A stretch of 64,000 bases of DNA from Octopus vulgaris (Eukaryota), in assembly GCA_951406725.2 (NCBI GenBank), contig OX597814.1, positions 140,864,001 through 140,928,000 of the forward strand, read 5' to 3'. Below the pieces are notes generated by a model, which had not been told where the DNA came from, made no database searches, and worked only from the letters and a program-made list of their open reading frames with translations. The translations under genes and the position numbers were made by a program. This document shows, piece after piece, positions 1 to 12,021 of the stretch. Position 1 is the stretch's first letter. Each line of letters starts with the position of its first letter.

Positions 1-6
1 TATATA

Positions 7-402
7 TTCTTTTATTTGTTTCAGTCATTTGACTGCAGCCATGCTGGAGCACCACCCTTAGTCAAACAAACTGACCCCAGGACTTATTCTTTGTAAGCCT
101 AGTGCTTATTCTAATGGTCTCTTTTGCTGAACTGCTAAGTTACGGGGATGTAAACACACCAACATTGGTTGTCGAGTGATGGTGGGAGGACAAACACAGA
201 CACACACACACACATATATATATATATACACACACACACGACGGGCCTCTTTCAGTTTCCGTCCAGCAAATCCACTCACAAGGTTTTGGTTGGCCTGAAG
301 CTATAGTAGAAGACACTTGCCCAAGGTGCTATGCAGTGGAGCTCAACCCGGAACCATGTGGTTGAGAAGCAAGCTTCTTATCACAACCACTCCTGCACCT
401 AT
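7..402 (-). mobile_element. tRNA-derived SINE family A (CORE-like ccttgggcaagtgtcttct domain, internal TA/CA microsatellite), full length
   Basis: Head, CORE-like block, internal microsatellite and tail gactgaaacaaataaaaaga; recurs many times in the window. Further copies or fragments at ~33000-33285(-), 44960-45337(+), 51925-52155(+), 53325-53760(-), 58165-58340(-), 60661-60830(+), 62050-62320(+). Confidence 0.9.
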
Positions 403-1303
403 ATATATATAGTGGTTGGCGTTAGGAAGGGCATCCAGCTGTAGAAACTCTGTCAGATCAAGATTGGAGCCTGGTGCAGCCATCTGGTTCGCCAACCCTC
501 AGTCAAATCGTCCAACCCATGCTAGCATGGAAAGCAGATGTTAAACGGTGATGATGATGATATATATATATACTTTTTTCATTTTATTTTATTTATTTGT
601 TTTATTTTATTTATTGATTTTTCAAATTTGCAAATATACTACTAATGTATTTTCATGAACTACACTTTATCAAAAATTCCCTCCCAATCAATGATTGGAA
701 GGGGTAAATTCTAAATATAACTCAAAGAGGAGAAAAAGAAAGGAGGAAAAAGGAAAGAAAAAGAGGAAAAGAGAGGGGGGAGAGAGAGAGAGAGAAAACA
801 AAAAGACTTTGTGATGATCAAACCTTTTTTTTTATCAAGGTCACCACCATCCTTAAACCATTCTAATACAATGGTAAAGGACAAAGTAAATAAATGAATG
901 GTGAATAGGAAAGTGGATACTCCTCTCTCTCTTTCCCTCTACCCATTTGTCTATCTATCTATCTACCTACCTACCTATATTTCTATCTATCCATCTCCAT
1001 TGTCCTGGAACCTCACCCAAGAAAACAAAAACAATGTTCTCTTCTAAACAAAACTCCCCCAAAAAACAGGTTTTATATAAATGAATAAGCTGTTTGTACA
1101 TTCACAAAATTGTATTTGACAAGTTCCAGAGACAGAAAGAAAGCAATAATAATAAAGAAATAAAAGGACTTTTTCCCCAAAATTCTGACATTTTTTCTCA
1201 ATATTCAATTCTGTACATTACACCTAACACTCTATACACACACATATATATCTAACATATGATATATATACATATGTAACAAATGGTGTATATATATATA
1301 TAT

Positions 1304-1570
1304 ATTAAGATGCCGAGTGCTGGGAACACAAAAAGGGGATGAACTTATCGCGAGTGAAAAACAAAAACGTTTACCGATAACTTTAACTCGAACCGCGGTT
1401 TCTGCTTTTTGTGTTCCCAGCACTCGGCATCTTAATTTAGGAGCCCTTAATTGTATAACTACATGAATAATATTTTTCTATATGAATAATATTTTTGTCT
1501 TATGACTAATTCGTCTTTTGTGCTGGGCACCTGGTAGTAAATAATATTACTACCCTTCTTGTTCATATTC

Positions 1571-1571
<1 letters not shown>
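1304..1571. mobile_element. (TA)n-flanked short element with perfect 32-bp inverted repeat
   Basis: attaagatgccgagtgctgggaacacaaaaag (1304-1335) is exactly inverted at 1405-1436 with a 69-nt spacer. CpGs intact; (TA)n on both sides. Confidence 0.75.
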
Positions 1572-1611
<40 letters not shown>

Positions 1612-1614
<3 letters not shown>

Positions 1615-1918
1615 TCATCATCATCATTTAACGTCCGCTTTCCATGCTAGCATGGGTTGGACAGTTCAACTGGGGTCTGTGAAGCCAGAAGGCTGCATCA
1701 GGCCCAGTCTGATCTGGCAGTGTTTCTACGGCTGGATGCCCTTCCTAACGCCAACCACTTCGTGAGTGTAGTGGGTGCTTTTTACGTGCCACCCGCACAG
1801 GTGCCAGACGGAGCTGGCAAACGGCCATGAACGGATGGTGCTTTTATGTGCCACCAGCACGGGGGTGAGGCGAGGCTGGCAACAGCCACGAACGGATGGT
1901 GCTACGTGCCACCGGCAC
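1612..1918 (-). mobile_element. RTE 3'UTR fragment with (GAT)n tail
   Basis: Matches 53769-54200 (ttccatgctagcatgggttggac, ctggatgcccttcctaacgccaaccact, gtgcca repeats). Similar pieces at ~412-559, 4490-4670, 5340-5530, 7450-7610, 10597-10750, 12048-12240, 17244-17421, 21575-21937, 22310-22460, 24160-24340, 27790-27990, 29020-29210, 38105-38345, 42367-42670, 57600-57935, 58646-58800. Confidence 0.88.
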
Positions 1919-1952
1919 ACACACACACACATGTATATATATATATATATAT

Positions 1953-1988
<36 letters not shown>

Positions 1989-2629
1989 TATCTTGATAAT
2001 ACCATGTGAAATTAGAAAATTTGAACCGGTTGATAAAGTTAATATTCATATTTATTTTCTTACAAATGTTTGTACTTTGAACTTTCCAGAACATTCTACA
2101 TACTCTTTCATATAAAAAAAACCAACAAACTAACAAAAAAAAAAAAAAAAAAAACTCTCCTCAGTCCTGTCATTGACAACAATTATCTCAATATCGGTTT
2201 CTTTTTTTGTCCTTATTAAAACATGGCAAGTTTTCTTTTATCAGCACACCCAAACAGTCTGTTTTCTCTCTTATCTACTTTAAACAGCCAGATTAACCAA
2301 TATCTTGTATTTCAACAGATATTTGTTGCTTTCCATGTTTGTTGACTCTACTTAAAGAGGTAATAGAGCAGTAGTGTCATACTAATAATATGAACTGGTC
2401 TAGTTAGTCCTGTAGCTGTTGATTAAAGGGCAATATTTCTCCCCAAAAAATAATGAAGTGAGCAAGCCACTACATTTTACACTTGGCCTGCTAGAAATAG
2501 AAACCAAATAAGGTTTGAAATACTATCATAAAACTAGGAAGGCCCACATTGCATAATATGGCCCTGGAGGAACAATACCTGAATTAAAAATTTTTTTGGA
2601 TTATAATGCTTTAATAATAATAATAACTA

Positions 2630-3420
2630 TAATCCTTTCTATTAAGGGCACAAGGCCTGAAATTTTGGGATAGGTGACTAATTGATCAAATCAACCCCAG
2701 TGTTTCACTGGCACTTAATTTATTGACCCTGAAAGGATGAAAGGCAAAGTTGACCTCGGCAGAATTTGATCTCAGAACGTAAAGGGGGATGAAATGCTGC
2801 TAAGCATTTTACTGGTGTGCTAACAATTCTGCCAGCTCACCACCACCATAATAATAATAATAATTTATTTCTTTATTGCCCACAAGGGGGCTAAACAAGG
2901 ACAGACAAAGGGATTAAGTCGATTACATCGACCCCAGTGCATAACTGGTACTTATTTAATCGACCCCGAAAGGTTGAAAGGCAAAGTTGACCACAGCCGA
3001 ATTTTGAACTCAGAACGTAACGGCAGATGAAATACTGCTAAGCATTACACCCGGCGTGCTAATGATTCTGCCAGCTCACTGCCCAAATAATAATCCTGTC
3101 TACTATAGGCACAAGGCCTGAAATTTGGGGGAGAGAGACAGTCGATTACATTGATCCCAGTATTCAACTGGTACTGATTTTATTGACCCTGAAAGGATGA
3201 AAGGTAAAGTCAACCATGGCAGAATTTGAACTCAGAATGTAAAGCAGGAAAAAAAAAATGCCATGAAGAAGCATTTTTGATTCAAGTTTTGACACAAGGT
3301 CAGCAATTTTAATGGGAAAGGGAGTCAATTACATTGGCCTCCAATACTTTACTGGTACTTTATTTTAGTGACCCCGAAAAGATGAAAGCAAAGGGTCAGA
3401 TGAAATGCTGCAGTGTTTTT
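2630..3420 (-). mobile_element. Head-to-tail cluster of four family B SINEs
   Basis: Block gaccc(c/t)gaaaggatgaaaggcaaagt...gaatttgaactcagaacgtaa recurs at ~2725, 2962, 3185 and 3370. Other family B copies at ~20130-20300, 21940-22270, 26090-26610, 35820-35978, 42760-42960. Confidence 0.88.
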
Positions 3421-3656
3421 TTTTCTTTTGACATTCTAACAATTCCACACCGTCCCCATGTTTGGCATAAATATGACCAAAGGAGTGGGGGAGAGAGATG
3501 TAGAGAAACATAGTGACAGGAGTGAGAAGATGGTAGGGGAGGAAGTAATGGGAGAGAGACAGTTAAGGGTACATTGTTGGATGTTGGTAAGGAGATTGGA
3601 TGAGAAACAGCATAAGTAACATGATGGGATAGCAATAGAGATGGGCAATTTTAATA

Positions 3657-3778
3657 ACTAGCATAGCTGTGGGAGGGGGGGGATAACATCGGCACTTTTC
3701 ATCCTGTGTTTTTTGAGGGGTCCAGGGGTGGCAAACGGAAGGGCTGCCCCAGGCAGCACATACTCTAGCTATGCTAGT
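3657..3778. mobile_element. Small PIF/Harbinger-like MITE
   Basis: Perfect 12-bp TIR actagcatagct / agctatgctagt around a G-rich interior. Confidence 0.5.
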
Positions 3779-3785
3779 GGTTTTA

Positions 3786-4215
3786 ATCATTTTAAAGTCC
3801 ACTTTTCCATGTTTGTATTGGTTTGATGTAATTTGTTGAGGCAGATTTTCTATGGTTAGTTGCCCTTCCTGTCATCAATCCTCACCTTATTTCCCAAGCA
3901 AGGTAATATTTCCCTATGGTTGGACATAGACATGTTTTCACAGAAGATTGGAAATGAAAGGCACTGCTGTATAATGTGATGCCAAGAGAAGGAGGCACAA
4001 ACACAGATGTACAAATAGATCCTCTCTCTCTGTCTCTCGTATACTGGGCTTCTTTCTGTTTCCATATACCAAATCCACTCACAAGATTGTGGTTGACCTG
4101 GGACTATAATAAAAAGTAAGACACTCACTGAAGGTGCCATGCAGTAAGACTGAACCCCAAACCATCTGGTTGGGAAACAAATTTCGTAACCACACCGCCA
4201 TAGCCATGCTTGCAA
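3786..4215 (-). mobile_element. Composite SINE: family A head/CORE joined to an RTE-type 3' tail
   Basis: Family A head at 4215-4045, then gggaaatattaccttgcttgg, aggaagggca and catggaaaagtggac tail. Same architecture at ~31310-31640 and 45810-46135; tail-only pieces at 16860-17060, 27553-27730, 29590-29755. Confidence 0.75.
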
Positions 4216-4849
4216 TGAAAAGTCGTGTAGAGGAGAGAGTGATGGTAGAAGGTAATGGATATGGATAGCTAGCTTCTATCTCCTTACATAGGCGTCATGA
4301 AGGAAGAAAAGGTGATACAGGGCTGATAGTTGAAGACAGAGTGGTAAGGAGTGGTCATTGAATTAAATAGAACAGGTCAAAATACCACTCCTTGGTATGA
4401 TATAGTGGATAGGAGAGAGGGACAAATGACAGGAGAGTGTAACAAAGAGGTCAGTTACAAAAAGAAAGGACAACGAAATAGCTAGATACATCATCATCAT
4501 TTAGTGTACAGTTTCCATGCTGGCATGGGTTGGACAGTTTGACAAGAGCTGTACAGGTTCCATAGTCTGTTTTGGATTGGTTTCTATGGCTGGATGCCCT
4601 TTCTAACACCAATCACTTTACTGAGTGTACTGGGTGCTTTTATTGTGGCACCATCACCAGTGCTTTTTACACTGATTAGACAAAAAAAAAAGGTTGGAAT
4701 TCCTTTGACCATAGGTCTATTTGGTCAAACTGTCCTAGGGCAAAGTAACAACACAATTCATTGATGGTGTATAAGATTCACTTCTTTTCCAAGAATATCA
4801 CCCTGGGTCCTATATGTGAAGTTGGGCTTCCCATAAGCTAATATTTACT

Positions 4850-5215
4850 TCTTTTATCTTCTATCTTTTACTTGTCTCAGTCATGAGACTGTGGCCATGC
4901 TGGGGCACTGTCTCGAAGAACTTTTAGTCGAATGAATTGACCCCAGAACTTATTTTTTCTTTTTCAAGCTTGGTACTTATTCTGTTGATCTCTTTTGCCA
5001 AACTGCTAAGTAATGGAGGACATAAACACACACACACACACACACATAAATATATATACTTCTTTCGGTTTCTGCATACCAAATCCACTCACAAGGCTTT
5101 GGTTGGCCCAAGGCTATAGTAGAAGACACTTGCCCAAAGTGCCATGAAGTGGTACTGAACCCAGAACCATGTGGCTGGGAAGCAAGCTTCTTACCACACA
5201 GCCATGCCTGTACCA
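4850..5215 (-). mobile_element. SINE family A
   Basis: Same head/CORE/tail blocks as 7-402. Confidence 0.88.
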
Positions 5216-6346
5216 CCTTGTTCTGTAATGTTCTATTAAATTGCTTTAGTACACTAAAATCTTTTCCTCTTGAATATGCTCTGCTGAATTTGGGGTATGT
5301 CTAATACACCCATTTGTCTTTTATGCTATCAAATACTTCATCATTCAAAGTCCATTTTCCATGATAGAATGGGTTGGATGGTTTAAAAGGAGTTGGTAAG
5401 CCAGAGGGCTGCACCAGATCCTATTCATCTATTTTGGAATGGTTTCTACAGCTGGATGCCCTTCCTAACACCAGCCATTTCACAAAGTGTACTGGGTGCT
5501 TTTTACAAGGTGCCAGTACAGATGCTTTTTATAGTAAAGTAACAAAGAAATCTCTCTTGCCAACCATAATATACATAATTACACTTAAAGCTAACAAAGT
5601 TTAAACTGAAGTGTTACTCATATAATCCCCGAACCCTCAGTTGGTTAATTATTTTGTAGTTCTGGTTTAGCAGTTGATAGGGCCATACTTTGTTGCACAT
5701 TGCACTGTGATGTATACCTGGTAAAAGACATATAAGCCTCAATGGCTCTTTCCATTCAGCTATAAATAGGTACCATGTGTGGGTAGTAGAATCGATATGT
5801 GGTATGAATATTTTGCTAGCTTCGTGTTGTGTTCAAACCCTTCCATGGGCCTAGAGAATGCAACTCTAGCATCCCTCATTACAGGAAATTGAAGTCTTTC
5901 TTCAGTGTTGCCCCAACAAACAGTTGTTAAAAGGAACATTATTCTAAAAATGCTGCAAGCAAAGTGTCAGTCTTCAGAATAATATAGAATTATATATCTG
6001 TACTTTACGAAGATTAACTTGTGTTTAACTATTTGTTTTTAGATGTTTCATGTCATTACAATTTAAGCATGTAGCACAGACACAATCTGAGAAGTCAACA
6101 GGTGGGTATGTGTGTAAATATCAGTATGTATGTATTATATACAGACACACACTCACACACAAAAGTAGGTGTACAAGTGTATTTTGTTGCAGAGAAAAGC
6201 TTTTATATTGCGTGGTAAATTGGTAAATACATTTAGGACAGAACTGTAAATATATATACATGTATTGATTGAACTTTCATAACATATATTATATAACTAT
6301 AGTGCTCATATGTCTTTCATGCTATAATTGCTTTAGTTTCAACATA

Positions 6347-6965
6347 TAGGTGCAGGCATGGCTGAGTGGTAAGAAGCTTGCTTCCCAACCACATGGTTCC
6401 GGGTTCAGTCCCACCGTGTGTCACTTTGGGCAAGTGTCTTCTACTATAGCCTTGGGCCAACCAAAGCCTTATGAGTGGATTTGGTAGGCAGAAACTGAAA
6501 GAAGGCGGTGAGCTGGCAGAAACGTTAGCTTAGTGGTATTTCGTCTGTCACTATGTTCTGAGTTCAAATTCTGCCAAGGTCTACTTTGCCTTTCATCCTT
6601 TCAGGGTTGATTAAATAAGTACCAGTTACGCACTGGGGTCAATATAATCGACTTAATCCCCTTGTTTGTCCCCTCTGTGTGTAGCCCCTTGTGGGCAGTA
6701 AGAAATAAGAAACTGAAAGAAGCCATCATATATATATATATGTGTGTGTGTGTGTGCATGTGTGTTTGTCTCCCATCACTGCTTGACAACCAGTGGTGTG
6801 TTTACGTTCCCCTAACTTAGCAGTTCAGCAAAAGGGACCAATAGAATAAGTACTAGGCTTAAAAAAATAAGTCCTGGGGGTCAGCTTGTTTGATTAAAAA
6901 CCCTTCAAGGCAGTGCTCCAGCATGGCCGCAGTCAAATGACTGAAACAAGTAAAAGAATAAAAGC
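6347..6965 (+). mobile_element. SINE family A interrupted by a family B SINE
   Basis: Head 6347-6504, resumes at 6708, tail to 6965. Confidence 0.9.
6505..6707 (+). mobile_element. Family B SINE with 15-bp target-site duplication
   Basis: agaaactgaaagaag at 6490-6504 and 6708-6722. Confidence 0.92.
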
Positions 6966-8760
6966 ATACTGTCTCAGGCCAAATCCCTCAACTAAGCAAG
7001 TGCATCTCTGAAATATGGAAGTTGATTTATCAAAATATTCTTTGCAGTTGGAGTGCAAGCTCATCTGTCCTCAGTTATATCTCCCAGACTCACATGATAC
7101 ATCAGAGATAAAAAAGATCTCACTAACAATCTATGAACATTCACTTTAGATTAGCGGTGAATTGTTGACATATAAGAACACTAATCATCTGATACATGTG
7201 TTTTATAGAAAGACAGAAGAACCCTTTGTTGCTAAAGGCAACTATTGATTAAATGGCTTCCAGCTACAGGCAAGATCTTCAGATTAGATTACTACAAGCA
7301 TTATTTATAATGACAATCAGAAGTATGAATGCGTGGTTAAGTAGTTCACCTTGCAATATCAAGTAGTTCTGGGTTCGATCCCACTGGGCAAACCTTGAGC
7401 AAGTGTTTTCAACTTCAGCTTTGGATTGATGTGACATATGAATGAAATTTATCATCATCATCCTCAATTAACAACTGCCTTCCATACTGGCATGGGTTGG
7501 ACGGTTCAACAGAGGCTGGCAAACCAGAGGACTGAGCCAATTGCCACCATTTGTTTTGGCATGATTTTTATGGCCAGATGCCTTTCCTACTACCAACTAC
7601 TTTACAGAGTGGACCAATTAGGATGACAAACTGCAGAAGCTTGCTGGATATACAATGACCAAATTTCACTGTCTGACACTCAGTGCTTTAAGTACTTATA
7701 AGAATTTAGAGCAGGTCCCTAGTTCAAGGGCAACCCAGGAGTTATAGTTCCTGCTTCTTTGTTCTCTACCAATCTTGAAATTCTTTCCTCTGACTCAGTC
7801 ATTAACAAATGGTTAAGTCCATAACGGAATATGACTCATCTGTGAGATGGCACTGCTGTTATACACAGACATATTCTGGCTTTTGACTCACAAATCTGTT
7901 GCCTTCTCTTTTTACTGCTATTATAATGACCACTGCTCCTCAGAGCTGGTTGGGCCCATGTCACTTTTACCCAGGAATTCCCAGCCCACTTGTGTCTCAT
8001 CTGTTTTCCACCCTCTTCCTTTCTTTTCAGGAATGTTGCTCCTCAAGGATTCATTCCCTGCTTATGTTTTCCCCCACAGGTGTTGACCGAGGAACAGTAA
8101 TGGCATCAGTCTCACTGGTCTGTGAAAGCTATAGACATTGCCCCAACCTGAACTTGGTTGCTGCTGGTATTACAAAACCTTTGTTTTTCATCTTTTATAT
8201 TCTCAGTCCTAATGGGATATAACTTTAAGGAAAAAGAACACTTTAATCCACTACACATGGAATATGTTTGTAGGTTAAAGAGGTCCTTAGTCCTGTCTAT
8301 ACATCATTGCATAGATATGCAATGTTCACATCCAATGCTGTTGGCTAAATTCTTTCAAATTTTGAAACATGTGCAAATCTGAGACTGATTTTAGCAGGCC
8401 ACATTTTATAAATCTTATGTGCATATCCTTTCTAAATACAAAATACCAGCTAAAAGTTTAGCAATCACAGTCTTCTTGAAGTCAGTAAGGTAGGCTTAAT
8501 GAAACTTCTGCACAGAGAATCCTGTTATTTATGACAAATTATTGAATATTCTAACAGAAACAGGAACTAACACAATATTTATTGATAATAGAGAAATGGA
8601 TAAAGATGAGGAGCTGATGATGGTGGTGGTGATGAAGTGTGAATGTGGATTAAGATTGTAAGTGTAGTGGTAGAAAAGATGGTGAATAGAATAGGATGGT
8701 GGTGAAGACGGTGAACAAAGAGGAAGTGAAAATGAAAGTATTAGTGGTGAAGATGTTGAT

Positions 8761-9212
8761 CAGTGATTCTCCACCATTTTTTACCTAGGGACCTCTTTGA
8801 TCTTTATTTTACTCAGTCAGGGATAGAGGTGGGGGCCCTCATAGCCATTCGATGTCTAAAAACTCCTATTATATTTTTAGGGTTAAATATTAGGAATATT
8901 CCCTCCTCTCTGTTTGGAGGCACGAGCACTTACCCACACATGTACACACACGACAGAAACTTCCTATCAAATTCAATCACAAAGCTTTGGTCGGCCCAAG
9001 GCTATAACAGAAGACACTTACACAAGGTTCTACGTAATGGGATTGAACCCAAAACCAGGTGGCTGGGAAGCAAGCTTCCTGACCACACAGCCATGCCTGT
9101 ATATGAAAATGCTTAAATATTTTGTGTATTGTAGAAATGTAATATAAATTTTAACAACCAAAGTTTATATGCCCCACCCAAGGACCATAAGGACCCTGGT
9201 TAAGAACCACTG
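8761..9212. mobile_element. hAT-type MITE with nested SINE A head
   Basis: cagtgattctccacc ... ggttaagaaccactg termini (3 mismatches). TSD not recognisable. Confidence 0.55.
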
Positions 9213-9401
9213 ATATAAATGATGGTTATGGTATTGATAACGATAACATGTGGGTAAAGTTGTCAGTGGTGAGGACAATGAGGAGAGAAGCAGAGGAAAG
9301 TGGATTTCTTATTTTTATATAAATATTGAATTAGTCGCTTCAGACATCAGAACATTGTTTCTTACTAAGACACATTTGTGCTACAATATGTGTGCGTTTG
9401 C

Positions 9402-9469
<68 letters not shown>

Positions 9470-10125
9470 CAGTGAGAGAGATAAAAAAAAAGAGAGAGAG
9501 AGAGGGGGGAAGATAGTGGATCCATAGCTAAGTATGAACAGGTGCTGCAAGCACAGTGACAAATTCCACTTATTGATGAAAGACAAACATAAATGGGGAA
9601 AAGAATACCAGGAGGTGGCAGTTCGCCGTGGAAGAAAGATTGGTGAATGCATTTAAAGAGTAACAAGGGGAAACACACACACAGAGTCTAAATGACCGCT
9701 TCTACAGCAGCCATGATGGCTGCAGCAGAAAAAAACAAACAAAAACAACCACAAAGAAACCTAACAAAAACAAATAAAACAGAACCTGCTGGAAGACAGC
9801 TTTATTGGAATATTCTTATGCCAGAAAAGCTAAGTATGTATGAGTGTACCAAGCATGCAAACATAAAAATGGTCATTGTTCTAGTAATAATACTTATAAA
9901 ATAATAAAGCTGAAGATAGGTTTAGACAAGCTCAAAAAGAAGAAACATAGTGAATTACAAAAGATAAATATATAGGGAAAAGGAAAGAAAAGAGTCAGTG
10001 CTTGTGAGATATATATATATACATATATATATATATGTATATATGTGCATGTGTGCACAAATGTATATCCAAGCATATATTTATATATGAGTATATATGT
10101 GTGTGTGTGTGTGTATATATGCATG

Positions 10126-10156
<31 letters not shown>

Positions 10157-11707
10157 GAGATATGAGTTGGTATAAGATAAACTGCTATATTTAATTTCAA
10201 GATTTCCCACAGTGAGGTAGAAGAAACGAGGAAAAGGTAATAGGTGGTGGTGATGATGGTGTTCGTGGGGGAGAGGGAGCAAGTTTGGACACCTCACTGT
10301 AATATTTATCCTCACTCCCCAAGGACTGCCAGCTGGGAAGAGAGAGTGAAGAGGACAATGCCATTAGATTAATTACATTAATAACAATTGGCTTTTCATT
10401 ACCGAATATAAGCGAACAATAGAACCAGAATGGAGAGAGAGAGAGAGTTGAGTAGTGAACAATGTTGGGAAACCCCACCAAGTACAAAGGTAGATATAGG
10501 AGAGAAAATAGAGCGAATTATTTGAATCTTTGTATTGATGGTGAAAAAGTAGTCAGTTTCTGATAACCAAAATTCACTCACAAGGAAATGGTTGACAATC
10601 ATCATCATCAACAACATCGTTTTATGTCTGCCTTCCATGCTGGCATGGGTGGGATGGCTTGCCAGGAGCCTGCACCAGACTTCTGTAACTGTTTTGGCAG
10701 GACTTTTACAGCTGGATGCTCTTCCTAGCACCAACCACTCAGCAATGTGTAGTGAAAATAAAAGATTGAACCTGAAACCACATGGTTAGGAAGCAAGCTT
10801 CTTAACCACACAACCATAGATATGGAGGCAGTCATCAACACCAGACATCCATCCACCACCACCATTATCCTAACACCAACCACACCACACAGTGGACTGA
10901 GAATTTTTTACATGGCACCAGCACAGGCGAGGTTGTGCATTGACTCATTGAATATGACTTTCAACACACACACACAAAGTTTGCAAATTCAGTACCCAAT
11001 ATACACTTTCAGTTGCTTGGAGCAATAGGATACATACCAACCTGTCTGGACCTAAGTAATACTTGGGATTTTCGGGAAAGAATGCAAATCTTTAATTCCA
11101 ACGCTACAAATGATCATGATATCTGAAACTGAAAACATTTACAAGATCTTCTCAATATTTAAAGGATAATGAACAAAACAAGATGCTTTCCTTCACATCC
11201 TTGCTACCAAGCAGGTGGCTGGTCAGAATTTACTCTAAATTAAAAAAGAAAGAGAAGAAGCCACACACACACACATGCACGTGTAAGATGAAAGACAAAA
11301 TGTTCAACAGAGAAGATATTACTTCATCATGATCTTAGCCATGATGACTAAAGATAAACTAAAGAACTCAAGAAAAATATCAGAGTCTTTGACAATTTTT
11401 GAGTGACAAAGTTCACCTCATTTAGGGTGTGAGTAGATTAGTGTGTTCGTTAGTTCATCACACCAAGTTCAACTATCTCCATGGAGAAAGTGGAAATAGT
11501 AGCAGCAGTAGTCAGTTTTATTGAATAATGACTTTAGTTTATGTAATTATTGTTTAGCTTCAAATCAGTTTTGAACCAGCAGACCTTTGACCACCCTGTG
11601 CCAAATCTAAATAAATGGGTTGGTGGAGTAGGGCTGACACAGAAATCTTGTTGCTGTAAAGTCAGAAGATGAATAAGGATTGGAGGATAATTAGCTAAAT
11701 ATGACTA

Positions 11708-12021
11708 TTATTTATGCGCCCTTTTCAAGCCCAGCCAGGCTCATGGGCCCGGTTTCCCGGTTTCTGTGGCATATGTGTTACCCCCAGCTGGATGGGACGC
11801 CAGTCCATCACAGCGTTACTCAAGAAACAGGAAGAAAGAGTGAGAGAAAGTTGAGGCGAAAGAGTACAACAGGAGTTGCCACCACCTCCTGCCGGAGCCT
11901 TGTGGAGCTTTAGGTGTTTTTGCTCAATAAACACACACAATGCCTGGTCTGGGAATCGAAACCACGATCCTCCGACCGCAAGTCCGCTGCCCTAACCACT
12001 AGGCCATTGCACCTCCACACT
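11708..12021 (-). mobile_element. tRNA-derived SINE family E, full length with 12-bp TSD
   Basis: Minus-strand head with A-box tggcctagtggttag and B-box ggtttcgattcc. taaatatgacta duplicated at 11696-11707 and 12022-12033. Confidence 0.9.

Noticed and set aside
680-702. Palindrome cctcccaatca-a-tgattggaagg; also gcagccat-g-atggctgc at ~9707
   Set aside because: Short palindromes are expected by chance in 64 kb, with no supporting context.
11940-12020. tRNA gene
   Set aside because: The tRNA-like head runs into a SINE body flanked by a TSD. The same applies to family A and B heads.
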